The translations under genes and the position numbers were made by a program. Below the pieces are notes generated by a model, which saw only the letters and a list, made by a program, of their open reading frames with translations, searched no databases and was not told the DNA's origin. From Catajapyx aquilonaris (taxonomy: Eukaryota): a DNA stretch of 32,944 nt. The DNA is taken from positions 1 to 32,944 of the forward strand of contig JYFJ02004326.1 of assembly GCA_000934665.2 (NCBI GenBank), given 5' to 3'. This document shows, one piece after another, positions 12,140-24,290 of this stretch; position 1 is the first letter of the stretch; each line of letters starts with the position of its first letter.

Positions 12140-12678
12140 TAGGGCTGTGCGGTTAACCGGTTAACCGGTTAATTTTTAGATTATTGCATTAACCGGTTAA
12201 CCGGTTAATTTTTTATGCAATAACCGGTTATTGCACTAACCGGTTATTTCCCCGATTAACCGGTTTATGCAATAACCGGTTATTGCACTAACCGGTTATT
12301 TCCCCGATTAACCGGTTTATGCAATAACCGGTTATTGCACTAACCGGTTAATGGGGAGGGGCAAGGGCAAGGCGCCAAGGGCCCAAGGCAAGGCCCCCCC
12401 AAGGCTGGTGTAAGTGGTGTTAGGCTGTTAGCCTGGTGGCGGGCTGGCGGGTGGGGTCGGGAATCCCGCCCCCACCCGCGACCCGCCAGCTCCCACTTGC
12501 TCTAATCTCGTGTGTATTCTGTTATGTACCAATTCTCCTATGAAAATAACCGGTTAATCGAAAATAACCGGTTAATCGAAAATAACCGGTTAATCAAAAA
12601 TAACCGCTAACCGGTTATAACCGCGGTTATTTCAATAACCGATAACCGGTTTCCAAATTCAATAACCGCACAGCCCTA
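12140..12678. mobile_element. 539-bp hAT-type MITE with AACCGGTT subterminal arrays
   Basis: 16-bp TIR TAGGGCTGTGCGGTTA and 8-bp TSD GTCAAGCT (12132-12139, 12679-12686). Empty site in copy A. Contains internal ~51-bp and 18-bp tandem units and a GC-rich centre. Confidence 0.93.
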
Positions 12679-14181
12679 GTCAAGCTGCTATGCCACTGGT
12701 CAGCCAAATAGGAGGTACGGAGTTCAAACCTCGGTCTCTATCAGCAGCTTCACTTGTGTTTTCTCCGCTTTTGTAGGCTACACTGACGCGGAGTGTCGGA
12801 GCAGCAAACTCTTGCACTCCACGCAATTATTCCATGCATTCAAGGAAAGAATGCACATACCGGTACGGGATTCTTAAAGGCTGGCATGCGCACGATTCCC
12901 TTACCTAAGGGCCGAAATGGGGAGACCCCGTTATGCTCAGGAAATACATTACGCATTATTGGGTTCTGGTTCGAACATCCGATTTTGTACTGGTGAATTC
13001 TTGCCCATGCATTGATTATTACCCATGAAACAGCACATTTATGGTAATAAGCAGTCCAAAACAACAGAAAAATACGCATATTAATGCATTGATATCTAGG
13101 CACGCAGTGACGTCACCCGTTCCTCGACGATACGGATAGATACCAGCAGAGATATTTGTCGTGCCAGGGTAGTGTACAGTATACGTGCCGTGGTAGCTGT
13201 TGCCTATCTCAAAGCCACATTAAGAAATCTGTAGTGTCTTGTTTGCGAACATTCGTGAGCCTAAAAATGCCACTCTGGCGTAAATTAGATTTAGGAACGT
13301 CACATTTATATCTCGTTAGCATGCAAGTGAAATCCACTAACTGCAAGTTAAAATAAAAAACCGTTTCGAGAAAATCTAAAGCAATGATATTACCTTGTAG
13401 GCTACTTGATGACATGCTAGTAAAGACGTAAAATCCTGACTTCCTGGCTCCTTATGGATCTTTAGGTCTAAATGGACTTCACCAGGCGATAGGGCATTTA
13501 AAAGTATCTCTGTTTGCATTTATGAACAGGAGCGGCCCATAGTTTAAGCATGTAACCCCCCACAGCCAAACTGATTTGTTCACAACCTGGGACAGAGAAG
13601 AAAATGTTTATTCCGTTGTAAGTAATTTGAAAAACTGGGCAGGAGGAAAAGATAACTATTTAGTATTTTACTGTATATTGTCCTATTTATTTTGTATGTT
13701 TTTACACTCATTTCTGTAGCTTTTATGCAGTATTTACACTATAGTACAATAATTCATATAACTCTTGTGTTTCACAGCACTACTGAGTTATGTTTTATGG
13801 TTTGGTGTAAATGAACAAGAGAATACAGGATGGGAAATACGAGTCAAACAATTGTAATTTCAACTTGCACTTGCACCAATTTCCTAGTAACCATTCTCTT
13901 GCATGTTTGCACCAAGTTACAAAATATGTCGAGATAATAATATCACACAAAACCAACGACGAAGGCCCGTGCCATGCACTTCATTGAGACGGTGCACTGC
14001 CTCTCATCATTGCATTATTGAGAATCTAGCCAATTGTCACCATGGCCAACTTACACTGTCTAAGCTCAAACACATAGTGAATGTCACTTAAGATGAGCAT
14101 GCTTACAACAGTGCTATTCAAAAATGTCCAAGACTCATCAAACTACATGGCATAGCCCACACATGCAAACAAGCAACACTG

Positions 14182-16609
14182 CTAAAATCGTGTTTTTTCT
14201 ACAGTTGTTGGGTGTTTTTCAATATCGTGGACATGGTGTTTGGCTTCTCTCCTCTTTGTTATGTATAACCATCTGTGAAACAACAAGAATGTTGTAAGGC
14301 TTGATCAAATATTATTCACATTATGATTGTAGTGTATAATTATACTTACATGTATATTGATAATGGCAGCACGCCTGTGACAGCAGTTAGGAGAAATGTG
14401 GCTCCAGCAAATGTATTAAATGTAGCATAGTACACTGCACTATAAATTGGACTAGCAATTAAAGGTGCAAGAGATTCCATCATTGCAACAGCTCCGTTTA
14501 CTTTTCCTGCGAAAATTAAAGAAATGTTATCAAATTCAGGTGGTCTCCTTTTCTTCAGTTTGTTTTAAGCAACATATATCGATTGTCACTGACCTACTTC
14601 ATCATGCTCAACTACTTTAGTTGGCATAGCTCGGCATACAAATAAAACAGCACCGCTAGCAACCCCAATGACGGGCCCTGAAAAATATGGTGCGATTATT
14701 ATAAGCTTACCATATCCAGTGGTATCGGAAATAAAACGGCAATAGAGCACACTAGGAGTGTATTATAATTACCAATATACATCATCCAAGCAGTGGTTAC
14801 ACCAGCTAACCATAAATTGCTGGCAATTGAACTTAGTGACGCAGCCATGCCCACTATTTCGTCTGCTAATTTCAGTTTGTACACCATTATTCCCATTGTT
14901 GCAAAACTCCCTAAAGTAAATTATTAAGACACCATAAAAGCATAGTGCAATGATATCAGATTACGACAAATGCTAATAATTTTCACCGTCACAAACACCC
15001 TTCAAATATGCTATCAATAAGTACAATAGTGCAATAATAAATGACTTACCAAATACTATGAAGCAAAGAGAAAAAGCATTGTAGTAACCGAACTCCTGAA
15101 CATCCCAGTCGAGCTTTTTTTGAGTAAACAGGTACAATATACTATTCTCTCCTGAAAATAATAACAGCCATATTATAGGAGAAAGACAGAGAATCGATAC
15201 GATTGGAATAATATTTTACAATTCTATATGTTACAATGCTACATGTATTTTTTAGTATATTTGATGCTTTGTTTATCCTCGAATAAAGTAGGTTTTCACA
15301 GGTACACTCTTAAAACAGTTGAATTAAATGACCTGTGACCCTCAAAAAATTGCCCATGTTGGGTCGAAGACGAATAAACCCAAAAAAGCGTAGGATTTAA
15401 CTCTTTGTTACTTTTTTTAAGTGTAACTCTTCAGAGAGCTATTTGCTCTTTTCCAGAAATTTCAGTACAAAATGAATGCCAGAAGAATACTTACCAACTT
15501 GAGGCCAAAAAGCCAGGAACAAAACTAGTATCATTAATATCAGCTTCACTGTATTGTTATTTTTCCGCTTTTTAGTAAGTGTCTTAAATACATCCGAAAA
15601 GTTGTTCACTACTTCTGCGCAGAGACTTCTACAGGCGTTGTCTTTGGGCCTCTTAATGTCGTTGATGAAAAATATAACGTAAAGGAAGCACAGTATTTCT
15701 CCAATGGTACTCATACCAAACAGCCCGACATAACCGATAGCTCTATTTGGATAGAAGATATTCGATGTTATAAATAACTGCATGTGACTGCATTTTTTTT
15801 CCAAACTACAAAATATTCTCCACTTACTTCATAATTGTTCCACCTGTAGACATTCCAAGAGAAATAGCGATCATGCAGCATGCATTCACAGTTCCTATCC
15901 TGAAAGTCCGTTTCTCCAAGCTCGTATGATCGATGATATAGTTGTTGAGTGACATGGTCATAGCTGCTATAGAGCCAGTCACACCTACAGGTATGGATCC
16001 AGCCAGAACCACGGCTTGGGCTGTCCAAGATGTCATCATCACACTGAGGAGAAGCCCCAAGTGTTTCAGGATGAAACCGAGCAATGTAAACAACATGCAA
16101 AGTTTTCGCCCATGTCGATCGGACCACGCACCCATGAAGAGGACTATTATTATTGGGATAGCACTTTCCACTGCCGGTTTCCACACCCCAATCGATGCCA
16201 CTATCTGATATTTTAAAAGAATTCAAACATAATGCCAAATTCTGATGATATTTTAACTCACCTTTTGAGATGCATTTTCAGCTTCTAGAAGTTGGCCAGT
16301 CTTGTTCGCGTTTGACAGGTTGTTGCATATGTAGTCAGGATAATTCAGATTCACAGAACATGCTTTCTCCAACAAAAGATTTGAAACGACAGAGTCCGAT
16401 ATTATGAAGAAAAAAACAAAGGAGAATGCTACAATTTCTGTTCTGATGGTGTATAAGGCCAGTTTCACTTTAGCCCACAGGCTTAGGTTTTCGAATATTT
16501 TTTCTTCTAATTTCTGAATAGGTATTCTTTCCTCGAATGACAATTCCAGCGCTTGCGTGGACTCGGTGCTTTCACTTCTGTCCAATTCTACGCTCTTGGA
16601 AGTGAGCAT
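14182..16609 (-). CDS. SLC46 family (PCFT/HCP1/SLC46A3-like) MFS transporter, paralog 2, 514 aa
   Basis: Exons 16609-16262, 16204-15828, 15742-15495, 15151-15050, 14910-14773, 14677-14594, 14506-14350, 14272-14182. GT-AG introns; 1545 nt ending in TAG. The six internal exons match paralog 1 in length (377, 248, 102, 138, 84, 157). Motifs LEKAC, GAWSDRHGRK, RTFRIG. C-terminus EKTRF. Confidence 0.92.
15305..15423. mobile_element. Small CAC..GTG (CMC/EnSpm-like) MITE in an intron of paralog 2
   Basis: TA-CACTCTTAAAA ... TTTTTTAAGTG-TA; TIRs are degenerate. Confidence 0.45.
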
Positions 16610-17055
16610 GTTGGTAACTGAAAGGGTTTGGAAGCAACAAACTGCAACCAAACTGATGCAGAGGCAATGGAATTATGCAGACATCAGATGCAATTTATTG
16701 CCTTTTAACTACCGATGTTGTATCATGTGTGGCTATTTTCCAATCAGATATAGAGTAACATTGAGTTCAATAATATAATATACATGCAGATTACAAAGGT
16801 GATACAGGTCGTGCTGACGTAGGTCAGTGTCCCTTTTACTTATCTTTCAAGTGATGATATGGACTTGGGGCAGAAAAATGTTAGCAACTGCACGTGTAAA
16901 GTACGCTTATATTTGTATAGTAATTTCATGTAGTACCACCGAGACTCAAAGATTCAGTAATAAGTTGCACATTCAGTAATATAATGTAAGTTATATCATA
17001 ATGTACAGTCGGCTATAGTTTACATACTGTACACATTTAGGCAGGCTGAACTGTT

Positions 17056-18287
17056 GGGTCATTCCATGTCAGTTCACCGATCTTTCATGGAAAATTGACC
17101 CTTGGGTCGTCAGATCATGACCACTCGATTTGTAAGGATTCGAGAGCCAAATGTAAGTATAACATTAAAAATACAGATTTTGACATTTTATGGCAATTTT
17201 GTTCCACTTTGAAAATTTCGAATATTTTTAAAAATAATTGTTACCACAAAAAATCAGGTTTTTAAATATGTTGTAGCTCAGACCCTTTCTTTGACGTAGG
17301 AAAAATATGCATGTAGTTCGAAATCAGCGGGCTCGAATTAGTATAAAAATGTTTGTTACTGTGACCATAGCAGGTACAAAAGACACAAGTGGGTTCCGGT
17401 TCAATACAGAGGTTTATTCGTCAAGATAAGAGGTGAATGGAGGGATGAAAGGAAAAGGGTGAAGGTATAGGGTAAGGTGGTCTCCGAGTGTTGGAGAGTC
17501 ACCAGGGTATCTACTTCCCCGTACGGAGGGAAAGGGCCAAAGGCCTCGAACAGAGTTGGCAGTGAGCTTTTATAGGGTGGATGATGTCGCAAAGAATGAC
17601 GGGATAGAACCGTGGGTCAGCAAAGCAGGGTGGGTACAGAACAAACAACATCCGGGGTGAATAGATCAATACAGGTACAAAAGATGGGGCTGGACTATTA
17701 CATGGTATGGATCAGGGAACAGTGGGGGGCGCTGACCAAAACTGTCACATTACCAACTTGCTTCCGATTGTGCTTCTACCATGAACGATGTGAGATTTGG
17801 CGCCTGGACTAATTTGGGCGCACATGGTTTACTACAAATAAAATTATTTTCCTTAAATGGAATGTTACTGCATTGTATTTTTCTACGTCAAAGAAAGGGT
17901 CTGAGCTACAACATATACGTAAAAATATGATTTTTAAAACAAAAATCGGAATTTTCGAAGTTGAACAAAATTTACAAAAATCTCAAAATCCGTATTTTTA
18001 GTGTTTTACTTACATGTGGCTCTCGAATACCTTCAAATCGAGCGGTCGTCGACATCTGAAGCTCAATGGGTTCACGAGATATGATCTATTTATATAAAAC
18101 CATATTTTCCGAAAAGGTTGAAAAAGGCCGTTTATTCGGTGGGTGTATCTCCGGGTGGGGGGTGGGGAGAAATCTCAAAATTGCAAATGGTATTCTTGTG
18201 GGATGTGATTAAAACGATTCTCCGAATTTCGTCATGATCTGACAACCCAAAGGTCCCGGGGCTCGGTGAACTGTCATGGAAGGACCC
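17056..18287. mobile_element. Non-autonomous DNA transposon, Sola2-like
   Basis: 25-bp TIR GGGTCATTCCATGTCAGTTCACCGA (2 mismatches), GGG..CCC ends and 4-bp TSD TGTT. Also has an internal inverted repeat, ~17110-17310 vs ~17875-18060. Confidence 0.8.
17360..17832 (-). mobile_element. Solo-LTR-like segment nested in the Sola2-like element
   Basis: More GC-rich insert starting TGTGACCAT. Minus strand has TATAAAAG (17574-17567) and AATAAA (17418-17413) about 150 nt apart. The right boundary and TSD are not clean. Confidence 0.5.
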
Positions 18288-18428
18288 TGTTATCATTGCA
18301 GGATCATCAATATTACATCATAGCTTTAGAAAAGCATTTCACGATAAGAATCAGATACTGAAAGTGTTACTTGTTTACTGAGTAACAATCATGAGATATC
18401 AATGTCCGGCAAGATCTTCATTCCTTTT

Positions 18429-18600
18429 GGGTCATTCCATATCAGTTCGGCCACTTTCAGACCCTTCCCTTGGTGGCGTATTTGAATGATATTCACAGAA
18501 TATGATGACCGTAGGCATAGATATAGGGTGCAGAAATTTAGCGTCGTTTAGCGTGGCATCGCTTTGGGGAGTGGTAGAGGGGTTCTATGGCGATCTTTTT
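18429..18600 (+). mobile_element. Truncated end of a related Sola2-like element
   Basis: Begins GGGTCATTCCATATCAGTTC, nearly identical to the TIR at 17056. No partner end; right limit approximate. Confidence 0.6.
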
Positions 18601-21557
18601 AAGTATAGCTATAGTGGGTCTCTTCATCGGAGGGGTAAAGTTGTAAACACAACTGTCTCAGGAGTAACTACACCAACTGGGGGAGTTCTGCTAACTGTTC
18701 TTACACAGACTACAGACAGGTAAGTGAGAACGGAAATGGATGCTTTGGTAGAATTGGTTGATCTATTCCCAGTGACCAACCCAAACTTAGGAACCGGCGT
18801 TAACATTATGGGCTACTCCATATACTCACCCAAAGATATTGATACACAAGATGGGTTAGGTTCTAGTGTTCAACCACACTACATCAATACCAAGTTGTGA
18901 CCTCCGAACTTTATGACCACATTAGTGATCCTCAAGATGATCATAGCATGGCAGATGCCAAGTCGTACAAGGCTGTGAGTGAAAAATTGCAATCAATATA
19001 ATGTTATGGAAAGGTCTTGGCCAATAATATGGACAACCATATGCATAAATAAAGTCACTTTAGTTTCTAGATTCCGGATTCCCTGCTGCTGGCACTCAAC
19101 ATGTGATATCCATGTGTATGAATTTCCTTACTATAGTATGTGCCTTCCTGTCATAATTAATTGCCAGTACTATTAGTCATGGAACAAATATCCTATATTT
19201 ATACTGTATCTGTCTTTTCCATCACAGCCTTTTAATCATCTGAGAAAATAAGGATGTGATGATCACATCCTTAATTTCTCAGATGACCATGTCTGGTATT
19301 GCTTTTCCAATATGAAAAAAGCGAAAGGTTTAAAAAAATTTATGAAACTCAATAATTATAATGGGCTTAAATACCTGAATTATAGCGATATAATACGATT
19401 CTATCATTGCTGCCATCACTGCATCATTCCATGTGAGAATGGCCATATTGCATTGCATGTAAAGTGGAGTAATGAGTGAAGAGAAAAATATACAGATTGT
19501 CCTAGCATCCTGTAGATAGGACGCCTTGTGACTTATGTTGTAATTAAAATTTTACGCTTACCTATTTTTTTCTATCTTAGTTTATGCCTTCTAACGCCTG
19601 ACTTAAAATATTATTAAATATCATAAGTATCAACCTTGGGAACAAATGGGCTAATTAAAATAATTATACTTATTAATTCATAATATAATTGTTGATAATG
19701 ATTTTGTTTGTATTGTTATTAATTATTTTTTTAAAATTCCATTAAAGCCATCTGGTTGAAGATACGGCGGGGTTTGTAACCACCAGAAGTCGACTCGTCC
19801 CAAACTACTCGTTTGCGGCAATACTGGAAATGGAGGGAAATTCCGTATATTGTATACTATCACAGTAATTCAGTATTTCAATGGCCTAAGGCACGTGAAA
19901 TAACAGTCATGAGCATCATGATTGTCTGCCCGGGACGGAATCCGAATCCTCGTTATCGCGATAATAGGCTGCAAACATAACGTACAAAATATCCTGGCAG
20001 GTATATGCCTATTTTTATTTTAAACAAGTGAAACCACGCGATTAAGGTTAACCCAAGGTTAACATGAGATCTCACGAGGTGTAACAGGCAGTGACCGAAA
20101 CGATGATGGAAGTGTCGCAGGTTGTATCCATGATATACAAGTAGCAGATTGTCTAATTCCACTTTTAGTTCACTACTTATATTATTATCTTAGTAGACCT
20201 ATCAGAGTAACAATGAAGCGGAGGCCAAATGACTGCCACATGAAGTGATACACTTGGATGTTCAGGAATTCACACTACAGGTTTGTCGGAAGAATTAGGA
20301 AACACCTTGTACTGTACATATACCGTACATAATTATACAGTAAGAACTTCCTCTACAGGCCAACACTTCATTATAACGACCAGTGTGACTTCATCAATTT
20401 GATGTATGCTTTCAATTGATGCTACAGTAGGCTACACCTAACATTTTGACCAATGAGCTGCAAATTCCCTGAGATAAACACACGTGACGTAAATAGTGGC
20501 ATACACTGAACCCCCGGAGGAGAAAAGTCCACAAACTCAAGACAATAGCCTGAACCTACATAACTGTTTAGTCTCTAGTGCTACTGTAAACACGGAGCAG
20601 GACAAACGAGTGCTGCATCTTACACATCCGCTTCTAATCACACTTCACCTACAATTGCGATAAAATAACTTCAAAAAAAAAAAAAAGGTCAGAGAGATAA
20701 TATTCTCAAATACCGTGTGCAAGGCTGGAGTCACCGTCACCGGAAATCCGACGTTAATATACAGGTAAGTTGACGAATTAATTTATTATAATATCTTTTT
20801 CTCATTTTGGTGTTGGGTTATGAGAGGAATTCCTATTTGACAGCAGATTTTTGATTGAAAAACAGGTCAATATTGTTGACTTCTCTAGGAGGATTGCACC
20901 TGATCGCATGTACTGTTACAAAAGTGATATCAGAGGCGTATATAGGAGCAGCCTCATATTTTTCGTCATCTACGTCGTAAACAGGTTGCATCGACATTTT
21001 TATACCTGTAACTACTTTGAGTACTGTACTTTGGTGCCAGATGACATGCTTTAATTCATAATGCTCTCGCATAACACATCTGAACTTTATTTTTTGTGTG
21101 TAAAAGGATATTGTGCCGTGAGTAGGTTGTGGGCGTCACTTATCGGCCGGATAACTAATCGCGGGAATATCCGAGCATATGATGCAGATGGGCACACTTG
21201 CAGTGGATAAAAAATCAGCAGCAGTCATCAAGACATGGATAGTGCCAGTGGCCTTGCAATCGCTTTCCGCTGCGCTGAGCTGAAGGACTTGAATTGACGG
21301 AATTACATAGGTTTCCGGATTACTCTAATCAATGAATGTATGTAATACTACACAACAACAAACGCAGGCAATCAGGGATGTGATGGAATCATGGGCCAGT
21401 GTGAAGTAATTGATGGGAGACCCATGGTCTTCCATTGACACACACCGTACCTACACCGTACAGTACGCTGAGGATTTAAACCAAACCATTAATATCTTGT
21501 CAAATGCACCATTATTTGCAAACTCGCATAAAACCCGTCCATTTGTGCTACACTATA

Positions 21558-22097
21558 CAGGGTGTAACAAGACCCCATGCAGAAATTTTAAAGGTGGGTA
21601 GGGGACCCCAAAACAAACATTTTTGACCAATGAACCCACCCTCTAAAAAATCACAAATTCACTTAAATCGATTACTGCGGTTAGTGTCTGTTAGTAACAG
21701 TTATGTGGTTGCTGTTACTCTACAGGAGCGTTGTCGGTAGTGTTGACAATTTAGTACAGTACTGTAGTAGTAGGCTGTGTGTACAAGTGGCTGGAGGACA
21801 CTTTGAGCAGCTCCTTCGATTGCAGGTTAGGTCCAATAAAGGTGGTGGTGGTTTCATGTTCATTGATCTGTGGTGGTGACGACCTTTTACAGTACTGTAC
21901 TTAATTGTCAACACTACCATGACAACGCTACTGTAGAGTAGCAACAACCACATAACTGTTACTACAGGCACTAACCAGTTATCGATTTAAGTGAATTTCA
22001 TGATTTTTTAAGAGGGTGGGTTCATTGGTCAAAAATGTTTGTTTTGGGGTCCCCTACCCACCTTTAAAATTTCTGCATGGGGTCTTGTTACACCCTG
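21558..22097 (+). mobile_element. Internally deleted Tc1/mariner-superfamily element with ~210-bp TIRs
   Basis: TA-CAGGGTGTAACAAGACCCC ... GGGGTCTTGTTACACCCTG-TA. The spacer encodes RLCVQVAGGHFEQLL (21772-21816), resembling the transposase C-terminal GGHFE motif, followed by AATAAA. Confidence 0.9.
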
Positions 22098-23043
22098 TAT
22101 TACATTTATCAAGCAACAGTCCTGACGTCTCTCGAGCCAAGAATAAGTTGCAAGAGTAAGGTCCTTTTCAGTACCTCAATTAACTAGGCTTTGAGATAAC
22201 AGGAACATGAAATACTGCCCGCAGTCCTCCGATTCGTTGTGCCAATAATTGTGTGGTCACTATGCATTTTGGGTAGGCCTGATAACGGAAATGATAATGG
22301 AACTTTCCTACCTTTGGGCCACCAAGAGTCAACAAGACAACCGAGTTCAGGACCGTCTTGGGATAACAACACTGATTATATTAATTCCCCAGTTGACAGT
22401 GAAATGTCTGTTCAATAGTTATGGAATTGTACCGCACTGTATCTGCTCTCCAACCAAGGAAAATTATTATTGTACGTCATCCTAATGGCATTGGTCAACA
22501 TGCCACATCCAACATTGCAATACTTCCGGACGATATTTACACTCTTTCCACACTGGGTTGTTGCACACTTTTTTGATGGAAATTAGCAGTAGGTTGGGAG
22601 GGGGGGGGGGATGTTTATGCATGCAATACTATTGCATTGCATTGGCTTGAAACTCTTCATGGATAATGTGCTTGATTATGGAACAATAACAAAGTTTATA
22701 CACATATGGTGCATTTCTATGGTGGAATTTGTCCAGACTAGTTTTGAACACTCACATAATTATAATAAACTAAAATATACTGGGTATTCTTCAGGCAGCC
22801 AAATTTGCATACTTTATGCAATGGTATAATTCGCCATAAAAATGGAAGCAAGTGCCAAATTGGAATAGATTCCGGGGATTATATTATTATATCATTGTAT
22901 TCAAAAATTTTGATTTGTGTGGCTGGTGCATCACCAACACTTGGAAGAACAGATGTGCCATACACAGTCAAGTAAAGTTTTCTAATATGGGATATGTTTA
23001 ATCTGGTGGAGGTTGACAAAGAAGTCCATATAACCCTCATTAA

Positions 23044-24094
23044 CAAAGAACAGATTTCTAGGTTTTTACCTACTTTTTATTTTGTAGCCAGAACACCGGA
23101 ACCAAAATATCTATCCGTTTCATAACACAAGGACCTCAAAAACCGTAGTTTTATAAAACCTAAAATTGCCTATTTCGGATGATGGGACCGAAATGGCCTA
23201 TTGGCGCCTATTTTCGCCTATTTACGCATTTTAGTAATATTTTCGGCAGGTTTTACGTGTTTCCCGTTCACGTCTTCCCTCCCGCTTCAACCTGCGAATA
23301 GCGAAGAAGCTGTAGCCTATAGACATGCCGGATGAACTGGCTGTACTGTACAAGACATTTAACTTTTCAAGAATAATCCAATTGCTTTGTGTCACGTCGA
23401 AAGGTCATTGTCAGCATATAAAGTTGTACTGTAACACAGGCATCGGCGACAAATAATAAAAACTTAAAAACTAAAATATGGAACAACTGCTAATTTGTTA
23501 TACTGTGTTGCAAAATTAAATGGGCAAGAGTAGGCTATAATCAGCTTAGTGTATGTGATTATCTACTTTCAGACCTACCGAAGCAGGTTGGTGTAGGGGA
23601 TAAGGAGCTCGCCTGCTAAATTGGGAGGTCCTGGGTTCGAATCCCGGGGTCGGCGACCCTGACCATGGTTTTCTGTGGTTTTCCATGGTCCCCTCCAGGA
23701 CAATTCCACGGTCGTTTCCATAAAAATAGGCCACAGCCGCTTCCTTCCCTATCCCTGGTCCCATCCAATGGTGGTAATCCACACCCCTAAGGAACCCAAA
23801 TAAGGTTCTCTAGCATGGGGCATGAAATAAATAAATAAAATATCTACTTTCAGACCTTCATTGCTTCTGACTTGAAATTGTATTCATTTTGTAGTTGATG
23901 TTTGCCTATTTTATGGCCTGCCACTGCCATCATTTTTGTAAAAGAATTCAAACATATTAATAATTGCATGGGAATGAAAATAAATTAGGACCTGCTTGAT
24001 TTCTAGTGACTATTTAACAGCCTGTTTTAACTGTTTTCAGGACCTAAATGCCTACCTATTTGAGGGGTTTTAGTACCTAGAAATCTGTTATTTG
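23044..24094 (+). mobile_element. Non-autonomous DNA transposon with 8-bp TSD (hAT- or P-like), hosting SINE-2
   Basis: 20-bp TIR CAAAGAACAGATTTCTAGGT (1 mismatch), TSD CTCATTAA (23036-23043, 24095-24102), and repeated GCCTATT subterminal motifs. Confidence 0.8.
23577..23840 (+). mobile_element. tRNA-derived SINE (SINE-2), full length
   Basis: A box, B box GGTTCGAATCCC, (AAAT)n tail and 17-bp TSD TATCTACTTTCAGACCT (23560-23576, 23841-23857). Confidence 0.93.
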
Positions 24095-24290
24095 CTCATT
24101 AACATACAAAAGCACCTTTCACGCTGTCTGGAAAGCCAAAACCTCAATTGAAATTAAGTGGCCCGAGAAGCAAGAGTCATACAAAGCACTGGTGACATTA
24201 ACAAAGTGACAGAGAAACACCAGTTGTTGCGACAATTCAATGAGAAATAATCATATTTAGCTATAAAACTGAATTATTATAGGTCATATA

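Larger units (their letters stand above)
9379..12986 (+). repeat. Segmental duplication, copy B (upstream region of paralog 1), with four insertions
   Basis: Colinear with 94-2354 after removing 9551-9657, 10511-10586, 10966-11645 and 12140-12678. Confidence 0.95.

Noticed and set aside
12150..12665. Regular AACCGGTT repeats as a CRISPR-like array or satellite
   Set aside because: No unique spacers; the repeats lie inside TIRs with an 8-bp TSD and copy A has the empty site, so they are hAT subterminal repeats.
13090..13560. CpG-richer stretch resembling an old DNA transposon
   Set aside because: No matching termini or TSD could be paired.
5871..16778. Plus-strand ORFs overlapping the transporter exons (e.g. 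5871-6143, 8479-8739, 15942-16208)
   Set aside because: Antisense shadows of the real minus-strand exons.
23577..23655. tRNA genes here, at 2520-2595 and at 24408-24480
   Set aside because: A/B boxes run into SINE bodies and A-rich tails, two have TSDs, and none has a clean cloverleaf with a poly-T terminator.
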